Shown here piece after piece: positions 46,071 through 56,406 of a DNA stretch of 64,000 nt. Origin of the DNA: Candidatus Omnitrophota bacterium. Its GTDB lineage: Bacteria > Omnitrophota > Omnitrophia > Omnitrophales > Aquincolibacteriaceae. The notes beneath the pieces are model-generated. The model had not been told where the DNA came from. It worked only from the letters and a program-made list of their open reading frames with translations, and searched no databases. Every line of letters starts with the position of its first letter. The first letter of the stretch is position 1. A program made the translations under genes and the position numbers. Location: the NCBI GenBank assembly GCA_016930235.1, contig JAFGHI010000045.1, positions 7,947-71,946 of the forward strand, read 5' to 3'.

Positions 46071-49000
46071 GCAACTCATCATCGGTCCTGCCGGTTCAGG
46101 AAAGACTCACGATCTCATCCAGGATTTTGAGAAGACCTTAAGCGAAAGCCAAAATCCCCTCGAAGAGGATTTTTTCTTTATTGTTCCTTCCCGCGAGCAT
46201 ACCGAGCGGATTGTGACATTGATGGTCCAGCGTGGGATCAAAGGATTTTTTCACCGCCGGGTGACGACGCTTCCGGACCTTGTCATGCGGCTTTTTGGGA
46301 TCCCTGAAGAAGGTGTGGCCACCAATGTCACGCGTTACCTTATCCTCAAAGATATTTTAAAAGAAAACGAATGGGAAACTTTCCGGGGGATCCAGGAAAG
46401 TTCGGGATTCTTGAATCTCATCCTTGCTTTTATCCAGGAACTCAAGGAATCGCTGATTTCGGTGGACGTTTTTAGGGCCCGGACCAACGACCTCAAACGT
46501 CTGGAACCGGAACTTGCACCCAAATATGAGGCCTTGGCGGTGATCTACGAAGCCTACGAAACGGCCTTCAAGGCACGAGGTTTAAGGGACCGCCAGGATG
46601 CCTTGACGATTTACCGTTCCAAGGAGAAACCGCCCACCGCTTATCGCTTGAGAAAGGTTTGGCTTGACGGATTCTTTGATTTTTCCGAAGTCCAATTCGG
46701 ATATCTCGAGGAACTTTCCAAGCGCACAGATGAAATGAAAGTTACCCTGACGTATGATCCGTCACCTCACCGCAGAGAACTTTTCGAGGCGGTTCTTACC
46801 ACCAAGGAAGCTTTTGAGCAAATGGGATTCGAGATCTTGAATAAGAAACTTCCGCCTTCCGCAGCCAAGGCCGGTTTTCAAAATAGAGAACTGGCTTATC
46901 TGGAAAATCATCTTTTTTCTTCGAGCTTACCCAAACAGAAAATGAAACCGCCCGGTCATATTCAAGTCTTTGAAGCGATCGGGATGGAAGGCGAGCTCGA
47001 GATGATTGCCCGTTCGATTCAAAAGCAGCATCGCTTGGGTGATTACCGGTTCAGCGATTTTGCCCTACTTTTAAGGCAAATCGGGGATTATGAACAGGTG
47101 ATCCGTTCTGTTTTCGGCCGTTACAAAATTCCGTTTGAAATTCACGAGCGTGAAAGACTGAATTTTGCTCCCTTGATGCAGGTCTTCGGGAAACTTCTCA
47201 AGATTTTCAGAGACGGCTGGCGCAAGCAGGACTTGACGGAATTCTTAAAATCGTCTTACGTTCGGACCTTGGGCGGCGAAGCCAAGGATTACGAATGGGT
47301 GAGCCGGCTTGAACACAGGGCGATGGAGCTGGGCATTTTCCGGAAACGGGAAAACTGGTTCGCACCGTGGGACCCAAAATCTTGCGGTAAAGATTTCAAT
47401 ACGAAAAAAGCAAAAGGCCTTCAGGACCTTGCGGATTTGGAAGATTCTCTGGCCCGGGCCAAGACGATTTCCGAGATCAAGATCCGACTAATCGAGGCAG
47501 CGCGAAAAACATTCGGGATTTTCCAGCGGTTCGATTCCAGCGAAGAATACGTCAGGCGCGATGCCGCCAGCTACAAAAGGTTTTTGGCGATCTTAGATGA
47601 GATTGATGTATCTTACCGTTTGCCGGGGCGCAGTCAGGCCGGTATCCCCGTCACGTTGGAATCTTTTATGGACCGTTTTTTTCGTCTTTTGGATCTGGAT
47701 CTTTTTTCGCTTCCTGAACGCGATAAGAACAAGGTGCAGATTTATGATGTCTCGATGGCCCGCCAGAAAGAGTACAAGGTTGTCTATTTGGCCGGTCTCC
47801 TTGAAAAGAGGTTTCCGGTCCAAATGAAGGAAAATCCGGTCCTTTCGGATTGGGAAAGACAGCTTTTTAACGGTACCCACAAAAGCGGGATCCTCAAACT
47901 CCAGCTTCCCCGGCAGCGGATGGAGCGGTATCTTTTTTATCTGGCGGTGACACGCGCGAAAGAGAAACTTTTCTTGAGTTATCCGCGTCTTGATTTGGAG
48001 GGCAAGGAATCGCTTCCTTCTTATTACCTGGAAGAGGCCGAGAAGGTTTTTGACGGCCCGCTTGTTCGCGAGAAGCAGGATTTGAGCCGTCCGTATCCCA
48101 AGATGGAATCCCTGGTCAATGAGCGTGAGCTTGAAATGGCCCTTTTGGGTGAATTTTTCTCTCAAAGTCCGAGTAAGAGAGAAACTTCGGCGCTCCGGCT
48201 TTTTCTTTTTAATGAGGTGCTGAAGAATAAGACCAGCCAGGGAAAAATCCGCCGCGCCTTTTATGAAATCAAAACAGAGCTGACGGATGAAAAGATCCTC
48301 GAAAAAGATCCTTTTAAGGCGTCGAAGACAAGTGCCACCGGTCTGGAAGATTATGCCAAGTGTCCTTTTAAATATTATGCCCGCCGGGTGTTAGCGCTAA
48401 ACGATCCCGAAGAAGATGTGAATATCTTCAGGCGGGGCCTCATCCTGCACGAAGTCCTGGAACATTTCTTCCGGGCCGCTAAGAAGGACCCCAGGATTTT
48501 TGGAAAGCTCGAAGAGATCCGCGATTTGCTTTCCTCGAAACTTGAAGAGGCCTTGAAAGAGTTTCCTTTGGTCCTGGATCAACAGTACCGGATGGACTTG
48601 GAACTTGAAGATCTCCGGGAAATGCTGGAACGTTTTGTGGAAACGGAGATCGAACGCCTGAAAGACTCGCCTTTGAAGCCGGAACATTTCGAACTCGATT
48701 TCGGAGGTCCCGGAAGCAAAATCCCGCCCTTGGTTCTTCAAGACGGAAAAAGAGAGATTCTGATCCGGGGCAAGATTGATCGGGTGGATGCGGATCCTCG
48801 TGCCAAGGTCGGCGCGGTCCTGGATTATAAGAGGACCGCTTCCTTTAAACGCGGGGAGCTTGATCTCGGAGTTGCCTTGCAGCTTCCGCTTTATTCCCTG
48901 GTGTTAAAAGAGATCCTGAAACTTGAAGTGGCCGGAGCGGAGCTTTATTCGATCAAGAAATGCGAGAAAAGCGGTTTTTATCGTTCCGATTATCTGAATT

Positions 49001-49269
49001 ACTTTCCGGGAGTAACCGCAAGACGAATGGTCTTAAAAGAAAAGGAATTTGAAGATGTTTTAAGCCGGTGTGTGGAGTTCGTCCTTTTGTTCAGTTCGGA
49101 AATGAAGGTCTTGAAAATGCCGGTCAGGCCCCGGCAATGCGATTCCTTTTGTCCTTACAGTTCCGTATGCCGGATCGAAAAATGGCGGCTGCCGTTAATT
49201 CTTGAAGAAATCCGTGAGGAAGACAAGAAAAGGCGGGAAGAAACCAAAGAGCACGCGCTCACAAAGTAG
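46063..49269 (+). CDS. addB: ATP-dependent helicase/nuclease subunit AddB (RexB-like)
   Basis: IIGPAGSGKTHDL Walker A. C-terminal RecB-type nuclease GKIDRVD...LDYKRT and a Cys cluster (C...CDSFCPYSSVC) typical of the AddB Fe-S domain. Start moved to ATG 46063. Confidence 0.8.
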   Translation: MSRQLIIGPAGSGKTHDLIQDFEKTLSESQNPLEEDFFFIVPSREHTERIVTLMVQRGIKGFFHRRVTTLPDLVMRLFGIPEEGVATNVTRYLILKDILKENEWETFRGIQESSGFLNLILAFIQELKESLISVDVFRARTNDLKRLEPELAPKYEALAVIYEAYETAFKARGLRDRQDALTIYRSKEKPPTAYRLRKVWLDGFFDFSEVQFGYLEELSKRTDEMKVTLTYDPSPHRRELFEAVLTTKEAFEQMGFEILNKKLPPSAAKAGFQNRELAYLENHLFSSSLPKQKMKPPGHIQVFEAIGMEGELEMIARSIQKQHRLGDYRFSDFALLLRQIGDYEQVIRSVFGRYKIPFEIHERERLNFAPLMQVFGKLLKIFRDGWRKQDLTEFLKSSYVRTLGGEAKDYEWVSRLEHRAMELGIFRKRENWFAPWDPKSCGKDFNTKKAKGLQDLADLEDSLARAKTISEIKIRLIEAARKTFGIFQRFDSSEEYVRRDAASYKRFLAILDEIDVSYRLPGRSQAGIPVTLESFMDRFFRLLDLDLFSLPERDKNKVQIYDVSMARQKEYKVVYLAGLLEKRFPVQMKENPVLSDWERQLFNGTHKSGILKLQLPRQRMERYLFYLAVTRAKEKLFLSYPRLDLEGKESLPSYYLEEAEKVFDGPLVREKQDLSRPYPKMESLVNERELEMALLGEFFSQSPSKRETSALRLFLFNEVLKNKTSQGKIRRAFYEIKTELTDEKILEKDPFKASKTSATGLEDYAKCPFKYYARRVLALNDPEEDVNIFRRGLILHEVLEHFFRAAKKDPRIFGKLEEIRDLLSSKLEEALKEFPLVLDQQYRMDLELEDLREMLERFVETEIERLKDSPLKPEHFELDFGGPGSKIPPLVLQDGKREILIRGKIDRVDADPRAKVGAVLDYKRTASFKRGELDLGVALQLPLYSLVLKEILKLEVAGAELYSIKKCEKSGFYRSDYLNYFPGVTARRMVLKEKEFEDVLSRCVEFVLLFSSEMKVLKMPVRPRQCDSFCPYSSVCRIEKWRLPLILEEIREEDKKRREETKEHALTK

Positions 49270-49275
49270 GCAGGA

Positions 49276-52200
49276 TTGATGAAACTCACTAAGACGCAGG
49301 AAAAAGCGGTGAAATCAACTGGCGGAAATGTCCTTGTCTCGGCAGGTGCGGGGACAGGGAAGACCACGGTGCTTGTGGAGAGATTTCTCCATTTTGTGGT
49401 CTCCGGCGAGGCCTTGGCAACGGAGATCCTGACGGTCACCTTTACGGAAAAGGCAGCCAACGAAATGAAGGCGAGGATCCGCCGCCGCCTTTCTGAGATA
49501 GGACTCGAATCAGCGCGGCGTGACCTCGAATCGGCTTACATTTCGACGCTTCATGCTTTTGCGGCCCGTTTGTTACGGGAGCATCCGATTGAAGCCGGAG
49601 TGGATCCGGATTTCCGGGTGATTGAATCCGAGGAGTCGGATTTCTTAAAGGAGCAGGCTCTCGATGAAACGATGGAAGCCGCCTGTCAAAAAGGAAACGA
49701 CATCTTCACGCTTGTCCGGATCTACGGGGAAGAAACGCTCCGGCGGGGTCTTCTGCATGTTTTCGATACGGCCCGGCACGAAGGGCTTTTTCTTAAAACC
49801 TTTTTCGAGAATTCAAAGGAGCAATCCTCCTCGGTCAATGAGGCCGGCCTTCGCCAAAAGATTGCTGATTTACTCAAAAGACTTGAGGCCGAAGAGGACC
49901 CTTCCGGTTGGGAGCTTTTCGGGTCCGAAGGGGATTGGGACTGGGGAAAAATCGAAGAATTTAAGGAGTGGATGCGTCCTTTTTCCCGGCGCGGCGGTAA
50001 GAAAGCAAAACATCTTTGGAAAGAGCTGCTGGAATATTCAAGAACCCTGCTTTCTCTCAAAATCGAAATAAAATCCAAACCTTGGAAAGAAAAGTTTGAA
50101 GCCCTTGCCTTTATTTTTGAAGAAAGGTACGAGGCAAAGAAAAGAGAAAAGGGGTTTCTGGATTTTGATGATCTCCAAATCAAAGCGGTCGGTTTATTTT
50201 CAAATCCCGCGCGTGCCAATCAGAAATTGCGGGAGCGTTACCAGGCAAAATTCCGTCAAATCCTGGTCGATGAGTTTCAGGACACCAATTCGCTTCAGGT
50301 CCGGTTTGTGGAACTCTTGAGCCGGGGCAATAATCTCTTTTTTGTGGGGGATTATAAGCAGTCGATTTATGCCTTTCGCGGGGCCGAGCCCGAAATCTTT
50401 TTGGACAAAAACGAGCGGTGCCGCAAGAAGGAAGAGGGCGAACGGGTTTCCCTGAATGAGAATTTTCGCTCTTACCCGAAAGTGATTGATTTTGTGAACC
50501 AATTTTTTGGAAAACTCTGGCAGGATGACAGTTTTCTTTTTGAACCGCTTGTGACGGGCACTCAAGAAAAAAAAGAGGACGGGGCGGGAATCGAAATTCT
50601 GAAAGTTGAAGCCAAAGAGGATGAGTTGATGGAAAGGGCCAGGATGCGCGAAGCCGATGAAATCGCCGACCGTATTCTCGAATTGCAGGAAGCGGGGGTG
50701 TCCTTTGGCGGGATCGCGATTTTGTTCCAGGCAATGTCGGACGTGGGGATTTATGAACAGGCGCTCAAGCGCAAAGGGATCCCTTATTATGCGCTTTCGA
50801 GCCGCGGGTTTTATCACCAGCACGAAATCCGGGACATGATGAGTTTCCTTGCCTTCTTGGAGAATCCCTTGTCTGATATCCCGCTTGCCGGCGTGCTTCG
50901 CTCGCCGATGTTTCAGGTTTCGGATAACAGTCTTTTCTGGATGTCGGACTTCCTTAAAGGCCGGTCGGAGGGGAAAAAGGAAAGGCCTCTTGTTGAAGCC
51001 GTCAAACGAATCGATGAAATTGAATCGATCCCTGAGGATGAAAAGCAAAAAATCCGCTTTTTTCACGGGCTCGCGGGCGAACTCCTGGCGATTAAGGACC
51101 GTTTGAAGATCAATGAACTGCTGGATTTGATTTTGATGAGGACCTCCTATGAATTAACCGTTCTGGCGGACTTGGAGGGGACAAGGCGGCTTGCTAATCT
51201 GAAAAAGCTTGTCAATTTGGCGCGGGAATTCGAAAGTTTCGAGCCTTTGTCTTTGGGAAATTTCTTGAGGACCGTCAAACGCCTGGAATCCCAGGAGGTC
51301 CGGGAGTCCGAGGCGCAGATCGAGGCGGAAGAGAGCGGACATGTGGTCAGGCTGCTTTCGATTCACCGTGCGAAAGGGCTCGAGTTTGACGTGGTCTTTG
51401 TCTCAGATATGGGGCGCTCGCGGCAAGCCTTGGAATCGAGAACGTTTTTGGCCAAGGTGGGCGAAGGGTATGCGTTCGAGGTCAGGAACGAATTAACGCT
51501 TGAGATGGAGCAGCCTTTCGTTTGGAAGCGGATTTACGAAAAGATTTTTCGTCAAGACCGAGAAGAGTGGAAGCGGCTTCTTTATGTAGCGATGACGAGG
51601 GCGAAAAAGAGGTTAGCCCTTACGGGGGTTTTTAAAGAAAAGAAGAATGAGAAAGACAGCTTTGATGAAATGTCCTCCTGGATGGAATGGTTGTCGAGGC
51701 TGGAAGAAGATTTAGAGGGTATCGAAATCAAAAAGTCGGGAAAGGCAAAGCCTGCCGGGAGGAAGGCACTACCGTCAGGGGAAAGGTTCCTTGAAGTCTT
51801 TCCCGGATTTGAACCTGTCGAACGGAAGAAACTTTTACCGAAGAAGAACCTTCAGGAAGAAGTGATTCCCGCGGCCGAGGACATTTTCCGGTCCTTGGAA
51901 ACGAAGCCGGTGGTGTCTGCAAGGAGTATTGATTTGCCGGTGTCGGCTTATGCGGCCTTTCGGAAATCCCCGGAGCATTATCTGCGCGTCTATGAAGTGG
52001 GGTACCCGGACGAACCTGAAGGCGACGGGACTGTTGAAACAAAAGAAAACGAAGAGGAAGCCGTGGCGGCCGATTTCGGAACGGCCATGCACCGTGTCTT
52101 GGAACGACTTGACTTTAAGCATCCTCAGGGGACGGAAAACGAACTTATCGAAGAGTGTTTCTGCTCTTTTTCAAAGGAGCAAAAGCAGGAAGCAAAAGGT

Positions 52201-52635
52201 TATTTGCGGGCTTTTCTCCAATCGCCGCTTTTTGAAGAATTGAGGCGTGCGAAGGTTGTCAGGAAAGAAATCCCGTTCCTTTTAAACGAAAGGCACGGAT
52301 TGATCCACGGGGTGATCGATGTTCTCTTTCAAGATGAAAAAAACAAGTGGCATCTTATCGATTACAAGACGGCTGTGGGAGACGAAAAAAAGGTGAAGGA
52401 TTCGGGTTATGAAGTACAGATGGAGATTTATGCTTATGCCCTTGGCACCCTTTTGGGCGTGTGGCCGGCCTCGGCCCGTTTAGTTTTCCTGAAGAATCAG
52501 TGGACTTGCCCGATACATCTAAGTAGGGAGAAGGTTTTTGAACTGGAGAAAAAAATTCAAGGAATGCAGGAAGAAATTCTTTTGCTGAGGAATCAGGAAG
52601 CAAGCAACGTGGAGTCTTCAATAGGTCAGGAGTGA
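49276..52635 (+). CDS. addA: ATP-dependent helicase/nuclease subunit AddA (UvrD/Rep helicase + RecB nuclease)
   Basis: VSAGAGTGKTTVLVERF, DEFQDTN, and a C-terminal GVIDVLFQDE...LIDYKT nuclease motif; 1119 aa. Confidence 0.85.
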   Translation: MMKLTKTQEKAVKSTGGNVLVSAGAGTGKTTVLVERFLHFVVSGEALATEILTVTFTEKAANEMKARIRRRLSEIGLESARRDLESAYISTLHAFAARLLREHPIEAGVDPDFRVIESEESDFLKEQALDETMEAACQKGNDIFTLVRIYGEETLRRGLLHVFDTARHEGLFLKTFFENSKEQSSSVNEAGLRQKIADLLKRLEAEEDPSGWELFGSEGDWDWGKIEEFKEWMRPFSRRGGKKAKHLWKELLEYSRTLLSLKIEIKSKPWKEKFEALAFIFEERYEAKKREKGFLDFDDLQIKAVGLFSNPARANQKLRERYQAKFRQILVDEFQDTNSLQVRFVELLSRGNNLFFVGDYKQSIYAFRGAEPEIFLDKNERCRKKEEGERVSLNENFRSYPKVIDFVNQFFGKLWQDDSFLFEPLVTGTQEKKEDGAGIEILKVEAKEDELMERARMREADEIADRILELQEAGVSFGGIAILFQAMSDVGIYEQALKRKGIPYYALSSRGFYHQHEIRDMMSFLAFLENPLSDIPLAGVLRSPMFQVSDNSLFWMSDFLKGRSEGKKERPLVEAVKRIDEIESIPEDEKQKIRFFHGLAGELLAIKDRLKINELLDLILMRTSYELTVLADLEGTRRLANLKKLVNLAREFESFEPLSLGNFLRTVKRLESQEVRESEAQIEAEESGHVVRLLSIHRAKGLEFDVVFVSDMGRSRQALESRTFLAKVGEGYAFEVRNELTLEMEQPFVWKRIYEKIFRQDREEWKRLLYVAMTRAKKRLALTGVFKEKKNEKDSFDEMSSWMEWLSRLEEDLEGIEIKKSGKAKPAGRKALPSGERFLEVFPGFEPVERKKLLPKKNLQEEVIPAAEDIFRSLETKPVVSARSIDLPVSAYAAFRKSPEHYLRVYEVGYPDEPEGDGTVETKENEEEAVAADFGTAMHRVLERLDFKHPQGTENELIEECFCSFSKEQKQEAKGYLRAFLQSPLFEELRRAKVVRKEIPFLLNERHGLIHGVIDVLFQDEKNKWHLIDYKTAVGDEKKVKDSGYEVQMEIYAYALGTLLGVWPASARLVFLKNQWTCPIHLSREKVFELEKKIQGMQEEILLLRNQEASNVESSIGQE

Positions 52636-52636
52636 G

Positions 52637-52819
52637 ATGTATTGTTATTTTTGCGGGAGAAACTTTGAGGCCGTCGAAGGATTCGAGGAAATCCGCAATC
52701 ACCGTAATCGTTTTATCCGTTGCGAATCGTGTTCGATGGAACAGCGCGAAGAAGAATATAATTGGCAGATGAATTCCGAAGGGCGCTCCATGACGAATGG
52801 CGAACGGGATTCTTCGTAA
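52637..52819 (+). CDS. Small zinc-ribbon protein (60 aa)
   Basis: CYFCGRNF...CESCS double CxxC motif. Starts 2 nt after the addA stop. Confidence 0.3.
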   Translation: MYCYFCGRNFEAVEGFEEIRNHRNRFIRCESCSMEQREEEYNWQMNSEGRSMTNGERDSS

Positions 52820-52963
52820 CGCATCAAACAGACGTGACAAATCACGGGTCTTTTGACATAATAAGCGCCATTCCTTTGCTGAAAGGGGTCTTAGGGCCTC
52901 CTGAAGCATTGAGAGGATGTATTCTCAGGGCGTAAAGGCGATCCGTTTTTTGAGGTTATCCGT

Positions 52964-53332
52964 ATGGCAAATGAAAAAAAGATTTTGGTTGTTGACGATG
53001 AAGATGATGTCCGGCTTTTCCTGCAGGATTTCTTAAACGAACGTAATCTTGCCGTCGAAGCGGCAGGTAACGGCGAAGAGGCCCTCAAAAAGATAGAAGC
53101 GAATCCTCCCGATATCGTTCTCTTGGATATCATGATGCCGGGGATGGATGGTCTGACCTGCCTGGAACAGATCAAGAAAAAACACCCCAAGATTATGGTG
53201 GTGATGATCACGGCCCTTAAGGACGAAACCCGGATCAATCGAGCCAAAGAACTCGGGGCCCACAATTATATCGTCAAACCCTTCAGCTTGAGTTATCTCG
53301 AAACAGAATTGATGAAATTGTTCCAAGGTTAA
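52964..53332 (+). CDS. Stand-alone response-regulator receiver domain (CheY-like)
   Basis: ILVVDDEDDVR, DIVLLDIMMPGMDG and ITALKD...YIVKPF; no output domain. Confidence 0.8.
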   Translation: MANEKKILVVDDEDDVRLFLQDFLNERNLAVEAAGNGEEALKKIEANPPDIVLLDIMMPGMDGLTCLEQIKKKHPKIMVVMITALKDETRINRAKELGAHNYIVKPFSLSYLETELMKLFQG

Positions 53333-53417
53333 TCGAGCGGCCTGGATTTCCCCCTCTTTTTTTGACGGGGGATTTTTTTGTTGTTCTGCGTTATGAAACC
53401 GTACGAAAGGCTGGTTC

Positions 53418-54074
53418 ATGAAAATCATCTTCTATGATTTGGACGGTACCTTGGTCGATACGGCCCAGGATATTGCGAATGCAGCCAATTATATGCTGCG
53501 TGAGTTGGGGAGTCCGGAGCTTTCGCGGGAGGAGATCGCGCGTTACGTCGGCAAAGGACTTCATCAACTGATTCAGGCTTGTGTCAGGTCCGATGAAAAA
53601 AAACTGATTGAAAAGGGAGCGAAAATTTACCGTTCGCACTACCAAGCGCATATGCTTGATCACAGTGCTCTGTATCCGGGGGCTCGGGAAGTCCTCGATT
53701 ATTTTTCGTCCGTCAAACAGGTGATTGTGACCAATAAGCCCAATCCTTATGCCCGGGAACTTTTGGAGGCCCTTGGCGTGGGCGGCATTTTTTCGGATAT
53801 CATTGCCGGAGATTCCCCGTTTCCCAAGAAGCCGAATCCTTCGTCCATTCAGCATATCTTGGCCAGGGAAGCGGTTAAGCCTTCGGAAGCGCTTTTCTTG
53901 GGAGACAGTCTGATTGATATTGAAACGGCCCGGAATGCCGGCTTGAAAATAGTTGTATTGACTCATGGATTCGGGCTCGCCGATGAGTTAAAATCAGCGT
54001 CTCCGGACGGGATTTTCCCCGGTCTTTTTGAGTTTTTGGAGTACGCTAAGGAGAAGGGGTGGTCATCGAAATGA
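53418..54074 (+). CDS. gph: HAD hydrolase, phosphoglycolate phosphatase-like
   Basis: MKIIFYDLDGTLVDT motif I, with a C-terminal GDSLIDIETARNAG. Confidence 0.65.
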   Translation: MKIIFYDLDGTLVDTAQDIANAANYMLRELGSPELSREEIARYVGKGLHQLIQACVRSDEKKLIEKGAKIYRSHYQAHMLDHSALYPGAREVLDYFSSVKQVIVTNKPNPYARELLEALGVGGIFSDIIAGDSPFPKKPNPSSIQHILAREAVKPSEALFLGDSLIDIETARNAGLKIVVLTHGFGLADELKSASPDGIFPGLFEFLEYAKEKGWSSK

Positions 54075-54871
54075 ATATTGAGGAGCAGGTTAACGTTTCA
54101 TCGAATTCGATCCGGGAAGGCGATGCGGTTCTCCTTTGGTTTGGAGAAGACGAGGTCAGTTATTTAGTGGACGTGACGCTGGGGAAGCGTATCGGGATCC
54201 ATTGCGGGCGGCCTTTACTCGTCGATGAATGGATCGGACGTCCGTTTGGGGACAAAGTTGTTTGCGAACACGGTGAAGCCCGGCTCCTGAAGCCGACCAT
54301 GGAAGATTTTATGATGAAGGCCTCCCGGGAAAGCGGAATCATTTATCCCAAAGATGCCGGTTATTTAATCGTCAAAGCCAGCGTGAGTCCGGGTTCTCAA
54401 ATCCTGGAAATCGGAACAGGCTCGGGTTCCCTGACGATGGCGCTTGCTCAGGCTGTTTCTTCGACCGGACATGTCTGGACCTATGACAGACGCGAAGACC
54501 TTCCCAAGAATGCCATCAAGAATATCAAGCGTGCGGGGTTTGAAAAAAATGTCACCTTTTCTCAGCGTCAGGCGGGCGAGCCTTTTCGGGAAAACTTTTT
54601 TGATGTCGCGATTTTGGATATTCCCACACCCTGGGAAGAGGTTGAAGTGGTGAAGCAGGCCTTAAAAGGGGGAGGGCGGATCGTCAGCTTGAACCCGACG
54701 ATGAATCAGATTGAACGAATGGCGGAGACTTTACGGGAAAAGGGATTTTTAAGGGTTGAGAGCGTGGAGCTCTTGGAGCGCCCCATCCTTGCCCGTGCCG
54801 GAAAGACGCGGCCGGTTCAGCGAATGGTCTCTCATACGGAATATCTTGTTTTTGGAACAAGGGTCTTGTAA
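54071..54871 (+). CDS. trmI: tRNA (adenine-N1)-methyltransferase TrmI (Gcd14 family)
   Basis: SAM-MTase motif ILEIGTGSGSLT plus a TrmI-like N-terminal beta domain. ATGA overlap with the upstream stop. Confidence 0.7.
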   Translation: MNIEEQVNVSSNSIREGDAVLLWFGEDEVSYLVDVTLGKRIGIHCGRPLLVDEWIGRPFGDKVVCEHGEARLLKPTMEDFMMKASRESGIIYPKDAGYLIVKASVSPGSQILEIGTGSGSLTMALAQAVSSTGHVWTYDRREDLPKNAIKNIKRAGFEKNVTFSQRQAGEPFRENFFDVAILDIPTPWEEVEVVKQALKGGGRIVSLNPTMNQIERMAETLREKGFLRVESVELLERPILARAGKTRPVQRMVSHTEYLVFGTRVL

Positions 54872-55001
54872 GAACCGACGAATTCAGGGGTTACTAATTT
54901 GATTGATTTCAAAAAGGGCATTTGATAGACTTCTTTGTCAAGTTGGTTGGGTGAAAGATTAAACGGCTTCAAAATCTTAATGTGAAAGAGGAGATCTTTG
55001 C

Positions 55002-55472
55002 ATGAATAATGTTCGCCGAATTTCCCTTTTGGTGTTGTTCCTCAGCCTCCCTCTTTTGTTTACAGCTTGTGCAAGATCCGGTTCGAATAGACAAATCGAT
55101 TCCCTGCAGGCCCAAATCGGGGTTTTGACCGATGAAGTCGTCAGGATCGATGAGGGTTTGCAGGATACACGGGCTGCTCTCCAAATGCAGGAGTCGCGTC
55201 AATACGAAATCTACTCCAAGATGGACACCGTCAAACAGTCGTCCAGCGCTATGTACCGTACGCCATCAGGTTTTGAAATCCCGGCCCTGAGCCTTCAAGA
55301 GGCTTTAAAGAATGCGGGGTATTACAAAGGGACTTTGGATGGCAAGATCGGGTCTGGAACGCGTGAAGCCATCAAGAACTTTCAACGCGATAACGGTTTG
55401 AAAGTCGATGGTGTTTGCGGACGGAATACTTGGGAAAGATTGAAGGTCTATTTACGAGGCAGTATTAAATAG
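55002..55472 (+). CDS. Lipoprotein with C-terminal peptidoglycan-binding (PG_binding_1) domain
   Basis: Lipobox LFTAC. C-terminus GKIGSGTREAIKNFQRDNGLKVDGVCGRNTW is the PG-binding repeat signature. Confidence 0.6.
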   Translation: MNNVRRISLLVLFLSLPLLFTACARSGSNRQIDSLQAQIGVLTDEVVRIDEGLQDTRAALQMQESRQYEIYSKMDTVKQSSSAMYRTPSGFEIPALSLQEALKNAGYYKGTLDGKIGSGTREAIKNFQRDNGLKVDGVCGRNTWERLKVYLRGSIK

Positions 55473-55756
55473 CGGAACCTGTTTTCTTGCTGGATATTTC
55501 GGGAGTCTTTTCTTTGGGGTGAGGTGTGTCTACCCTTCAGCCGCTCTTTTTTCTTCATTTCACATACCGGCAATTACCTGCATTTGTTCTCAGGGAATCC
55601 CTGATTGAGTTCGCAACTGTTTTTATTCAAAGGCGTTAGTGCAAAAAAGCTAAAAATCCGAATCGCTCCGGTTTCGCCTGAGCTATTTCAAAATTCACAA
55701 GGTCGTGGTACATTTTCCGTAAATGCGTTACCTGTGTGCCGTAAAAAGGAGATTTT

Positions 55757-56341
55757 GTGAATTATCAACGGATCAACGCAGAAAGCCACAACATGTCAGA
55801 ATCCGATTTTGATTTTCGATACAATATCCAGCCGGGAAGGCACCTTTATCAGTTCTATAAAGGGATAGAGGACTATGTCAAAGTCGTCGTACCGTTTTTG
55901 CGCGCGGGACTTGAAAAAGGAGAGGCCTGTTTGTGGCTGGTTTCCAGTCAAATCGATTTGGACGAAGTCATGGCTTATATGGAAGAGGAAATACCAAGAC
56001 TTCTTTTCTATGTCAGTTCCGGACAATTGACGATTCGTTCTGCCGAGGAGTGGTATCTGACCGAAGGGCATTTTGATGAAGGCCGGGCCCTCCAGAACGC
56101 CATACAGTTTGGGAACGAGATTCAAAAAAAAGGGTTCCATCGGGTGCGAATGGCAGGGGATGCCGGCGTGATCCCGCACGAAGACTGGCTTTTCTTGAAG
56201 GCCTACGAAGAAAAGTCCGATCAGATCATCAAGGCGAGTCAGGCAATTGTGCTTTGTTGTTATCCTATCCTAGGCTGTGATCTTCATGACACAAAGATGG
56301 TCCTGGAATGTCACGATAATGTTTTGATGGGCCGTTTGTAA
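55757..56341 (+). CDS. MEDS-domain (DcmR-like sensory) protein
   Basis: HLYQFYKGIEDYVKVVVPFLRAGLEKGEACLWLVS resembles the MEDS N-terminal signature. GTG start; an alternative ATG lies at 55793. Confidence 0.4.
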   Translation: MNYQRINAESHNMSESDFDFRYNIQPGRHLYQFYKGIEDYVKVVVPFLRAGLEKGEACLWLVSSQIDLDEVMAYMEEEIPRLLFYVSSGQLTIRSAEEWYLTEGHFDEGRALQNAIQFGNEIQKKGFHRVRMAGDAGVIPHEDWLFLKAYEEKSDQIIKASQAIVLCCYPILGCDLHDTKMVLECHDNVLMGRL

Positions 56342-56406
56342 AAAAATTTTCCCTTCCGTTATCTTTCTCGTTCATAAGTGACCTATTTGTTGTTACAATA
56401 CCCGCC

